Virus record (IMG/VR): IMGVR_UViG_3300045988_140747
Direction: 5' to 3' (one strand)
Length of the DNA: 64,000 nt
DNA from: a virus
Below the pieces are notes generated by a model, which was not told the DNA's origin, did not search any database, and saw only the letters and a list, made by a program, of their open reading frames with translations. Position numbers and translations under genes: made by a program. The stretch's first letter is position 1; each line of letters begins with the position of its first letter. Shown here piece by piece: positions 62,367-64,000 of this stretch.

Positions 62367-63020
62367 ATGAGCATCGTAACGTTTAAGCGTGGAGACCACA
62401 CAGCACTGACAAGAAACTTCACCCGTAACGAATTTGAGTGTCCCTGCGGCTGCGGACAGCAGTCGGTTGATACGGAGCTGGCCGAAAAGCTCCAGCTCAT
62501 CCGGGACAAGGTAGACCGCCCGCTGAAGATCACATCCGGCTACCGTTGTATTCCGCATAATGCGGCGGTTAAAGGAAGTTCGGGCAGTAAGCACCGCTAT
62601 GGCATGGCGGCGGACTGGAGGACGGAGAACCGCAGCATCAACCCGGTGGCACTGGGCATCCTTGCTCAGGCCGTGGGGTTCGGCGGCATCGGTATCTACT
62701 GGCACAGCCGTGGGGCTTTTGTTCACGCCGACACCCGTGGCACGAAAGCGACGTGGCTCTGCACCACACCGGGAAAGTACCCCAGCACGACCTACAACAA
62801 GTTCTTGTTGCCCACCATCCGTCGGGGCTGCACCGGGGACTCGAACCGCAGTGCTACCATCATGCTCCAGAAGCTCCTGAAGCTGAAGGCTGATGGTCTG
62901 TTCGGCGAGGCCACCGAAAACGCCCTGCTGAAGGCGCAGGAGGCGCATGGCCTGACTGTGGACGGCATCTGCGGCCCTGCATCGTGGAAGGCGCTGTCTG
63001 GCGCTGACAAGTACCTGTGA
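62367..63020 (+). CDS. endolysin: peptidase M15-like domain plus PG_binding_1 domain
   Basis: ATG 62367, 9 nt after AAAGGAG. SGYRCIPHNAAVKGSSGSKHRYGMAAD...VHADTRG (H-D-H zinc triad), C-terminal LQKLLKLKADGLFGEAT...DGICGP. Confidence 0.8.
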   Translation: MSIVTFKRGDHTALTRNFTRNEFECPCGCGQQSVDTELAEKLQLIRDKVDRPLKITSGYRCIPHNAAVKGSSGSKHRYGMAADWRTENRSINPVALGILAQAVGFGGIGIYWHSRGAFVHADTRGTKATWLCTTPGKYPSTTYNKFLLPTIRRGCTGDSNRSATIMLQKLLKLKADGLFGEATENALLKAQEAHGLTVDGICGPASWKALSGADKYL

Positions 63021-63035
63021 GAGGAGATAGGCTCT

Positions 63036-63287
63036 ATGACGAATAGCAAAGTGTCCATCGCTACGCTGGCCCGCACGGCCGCTCTGGCGTTCGCTCTTAC
63101 GAATCAGGTTTTGAGTGCCTGTGGCAAACCGATACTTCCTATCGAGAGCCAGACGGTTGAACAGTTTGTGTCTGCTGGCCTGACTGTCGCTGCCGCTATT
63201 CCTGCTTGGTGGAGCAACAACAGCTTTACCGCAGCCGCTATCGAAGGCGACAAGCTGATGAACAATCTAAAAAATCGGATTCACTGA
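63036..63287 (+). CDS. holin (phi-LC3/Phage_holin_1-like)
   Basis: 83 aa, two hydrophobic segments and the AWWSNNSFTAAA motif. Confidence 0.6.
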   Translation: MTNSKVSIATLARTAALAFALTNQVLSACGKPILPIESQTVEQFVSAGLTVAAAIPAWWSNNSFTAAAIEGDKLMNNLKNRIH

Positions 63288-63302
63288 AAGGAGTAAAAAA
63301 CA

Positions 63303-63707
63303 ATGAATGATCTTCTTCGCAATTTGGTGTACATTGCACTGCTGGTTTGCATTCCTTTTGCCACAGCATGCGTGAAGAAAGGAATCTCTCTGCTGGTTGA
63401 AATGGCAACCGACAAGATCGAGAATGACAAGATTGACCGTATCGTCCGAGAAATCGGTAATGCCGTTTCTGATGCTGTTGCCGCTTGCAATCAGACGTAC
63501 GTTGATGACCTCAAGAAAGTTGGAAAATTCGACGAGAAGGCACAGAAGGAGGCACTGCAGCGTGCCCTGTCTGCCGCAATCAAGTCCTTGAGCTCTGATG
63601 CAATGAAGTATATTAAGGACAACTACGGCGACACCACCAGCTATCTGGAAGATAAAATCCATGCAACCATTGGAGAGAATAAGCTGGCAAAGAAAATCTC
63701 TGCTTGA
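63303..63707 (+). CDS. LL-H-type holin-like protein
   Basis: 134 aa, a single N-terminal TM (LVYIALLVCIPFATA), then an amphipathic helical region. Confidence 0.5.
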   Translation: MNDLLRNLVYIALLVCIPFATACVKKGISLLVEMATDKIENDKIDRIVREIGNAVSDAVAACNQTYVDDLKKVGKFDEKAQKEALQRALSAAIKSLSSDAMKYIKDNYGDTTSYLEDKIHATIGENKLAKKISA

Positions 63708-63738
63708 CGCCTCCTGAAAAACGAATAGTATCTGAATT

Positions 63739-63777
63739 TCCCCCGTCTTGGCTCCCGCCGAGGCGGGGGATTTTTTG
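63739..63777 (+). terminator. rho-independent terminator ending the lysis module
   Basis: TCCCCCG ... CGGGGGA (7 bp), then TTTTTTGTTTTTTG. Confidence 0.7.
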
Positions 63778-64000
63778 TTTTTTGCAGAAAGTGCTCCAAA
63801 TACGCAATAGACATAATTAACAAACTTTAGAACAATTTTTTTACATTTACGTCTCACCGGGTTTTCAGAAAAAACCAATACACACATACCCCGAATCAAA
63901 AAACGCCGCAAATAGGCTAAAATTGACCTCTTACGCAAAATGACCCCGAAAGAAAATACTCTGAACAATATTTTTGAAAATAGCGAAAAATACTTGACTT

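Noticed and set aside
1-64000. Integrase, attachment sites, transposases, rRNA, CRISPR arrays
   Set aside because: None found by reading the ORF translations and the intergenic regions. Whether this is an integrated prophage or a free phage genome cannot be decided from this window.

Overview
Every well-supported gene in this window is on the + strand. Together they read as most of the genome of a tailed dsDNA phage or prophage. The host looks like an anaerobic Gram-positive (Clostridia-like): AGGAGG-type RBSs, CCA-encoded tRNAs and an O2-sensitive radical SAM gene. Gene order: (1) recombination and replication, 1-8.2 kb: RecT/Bet-like annealase, replisome organizer, DnaC-like loader, RusA, HNH, SSB, HslV-like Ntn hydrolase, dUTPase, sigma-like late regulator. 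(2) About 30 small accessory ORFs, 8.3-16.2 kb: two Lar-like proteins, an orphan HicB-like protein, several DUF551-like paralogues, tRNA-Pro and tRNA-Met. (3) A tRNA patch (Gly, Ser, one atypical class II tRNA, tRNA-like debris), thyX and a six-gene amino-sugar-modifying operon that includes a ParB-fold protein, 16.4-22.1 kb. (4) Packaging: TerS, and a TerL whose first 27 codons are in another frame. (5) A 2,060-aa portal fusion (polyvalent protein) carrying NUDIX, HExxH, ParB-like and one or two ADP-ribosyltransferase domains. The domains are separated by a repeated DGGxGSGNxGHxGxxGxxGGS motif. An ADP-ribosylglycohydrolase gene, tRNA-Thr and MuF follow. (6) Scaffold, cement protein and major capsid protein, connectors, a contractile tail (sheath, tube, chaperone with -1 frameshift, tape measure) and baseplate. 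(7) Three tail-fibre genes. Between two of them sits an operon for a 329-aa protein with 54 Cys at CXXX spacing, a radical SAM/SPASM enzyme and two unknown partners. This is the most unusual system in the window. (8) Lysis: M15 endolysin and holins. I saw no integrase, rRNA, CRISPR array or transposase. All family assignments come from motif recognition by eye. No HMM or BLAST search could be run.
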